Assembly (NCBI GenBank): GCA_002633005.1
Contig: NMRA01000301.1
Coordinates: 186,001-250,000, forward strand
Reading direction: 5' to 3'
DNA length: 64,000 bases
DNA from: Phoronis australis
Lineage: Eukaryota > Animalia > Phoronida
Part shown: piece by piece, positions 63,330 through 64,000 of the stretch
Layout: the number at the start of each line of letters is the position of its first letter
Numbering within the stretch: the stretch's first letter is position 1
Translations under genes and position numbers: made by a program
The notes under the pieces: generated by a model
What the model was told of the DNA's origin: nothing
Databases searched by the model: none
The model's input: the letters and a program-made list of their open reading frames with translations, nothing else

Positions 63330-64000
63330 TCTGTTGTTGAATGATGGGTCACAAACCGGGTTGTACTGAACTTGAGGTCTCAGGTAATCATTGGATGTAT
63401 ACCGATTCAATGGACGTCATTACTCACAACATATTGAGGTGATATTTCTTTCACAACATTTGTATTCATCACTCGTCTTGTTCTTATCTTGGAGCTGCTC
63501 TAAGTGATGCAGTTTAGTGACCCGCTTCAGCAGCACCGTACGATGCACATCTCATTCACTGTTGTTCAGATCTTGTAGGTAGTCGACGGAAACAAGTGCT
63601 TCAGTTCATAGCTCAGTATTGGGACAAGTGGTATTTCTTTTGCTAAATTTCTTGTTGAAAATGATCATTATGTTATTCTTTGTTTGTGTGGTCTGTGCTG
63701 TGTAGCAGTTGCCAAACAGCATTTAGTAAAAGTTTGAATATTCGCTGCTCAATGTCTCAAAGTCTTTGGAATATGTGAATATTAACAATGATTGTGTCCC
63801 AAATTAAAGATTTTAAATGCCGGTACTGATGATTAAGACTGAAGAAAAGTTTAATACCAAGAAAACATTTTGTTTAAGCCCAACATTTTGAGCATTGCCC
63901 TTTCCCAGATGTTGCAACAGAGTCTTATTGTACCTTCTCTGTGAGGTGTGGACTATTGTATGAAGCGGAGTCTGCCGCCAAGATCTGAAACTGTCTCGAA

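Noticed and set aside
62803-63369. Overlapping alternative-frame and antisense ORFs over the last PRPF38B exon
   Set aside because: Expected by-products of low-complexity RS/RD coding sequence.

Overview
AT-rich, intron-containing animal genomic DNA, probably an invertebrate (inferred from the repeat families). It has four N-gaps (860-1301, 17689-17734, 26840-27200, 48444-49247). Three host loci can be reconstructed by hand. (1) A minus-strand MDC1-like tandem-BRCT locus (~21990-28896) has frame-breaking lesions, is probably a pseudogene, and has a clear U12-type last intron. (2) A plus-strand nucleoside hydrolase gene (33201-45535) has four common exons followed by two intact, highly diverged alternative terminal exons, plus a possible third decayed copy between them. 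(3) A complete plus-strand PRPF38B gene (55223-63329). The rest is largely transposon-derived: Ngaro/DIRS RNase H, CR1/L2-type and L1/Tx1 LINE remnants, two Ty3/Gypsy remnants, TTAA-flanked Kolobok-like THAP elements, a Helentron/HINE-like element, foldback elements, MITEs and tandem repeats. The most notable signals are the swappable active-site-bearing last exons of the hydrolase, the U12 intron, THAP elements whose long TIRs contain the gene start and E2F/ETS-like motifs, and repeated local duplication of exon/donor junctions. All family assignments come from manual motif recognition; no searches were run.
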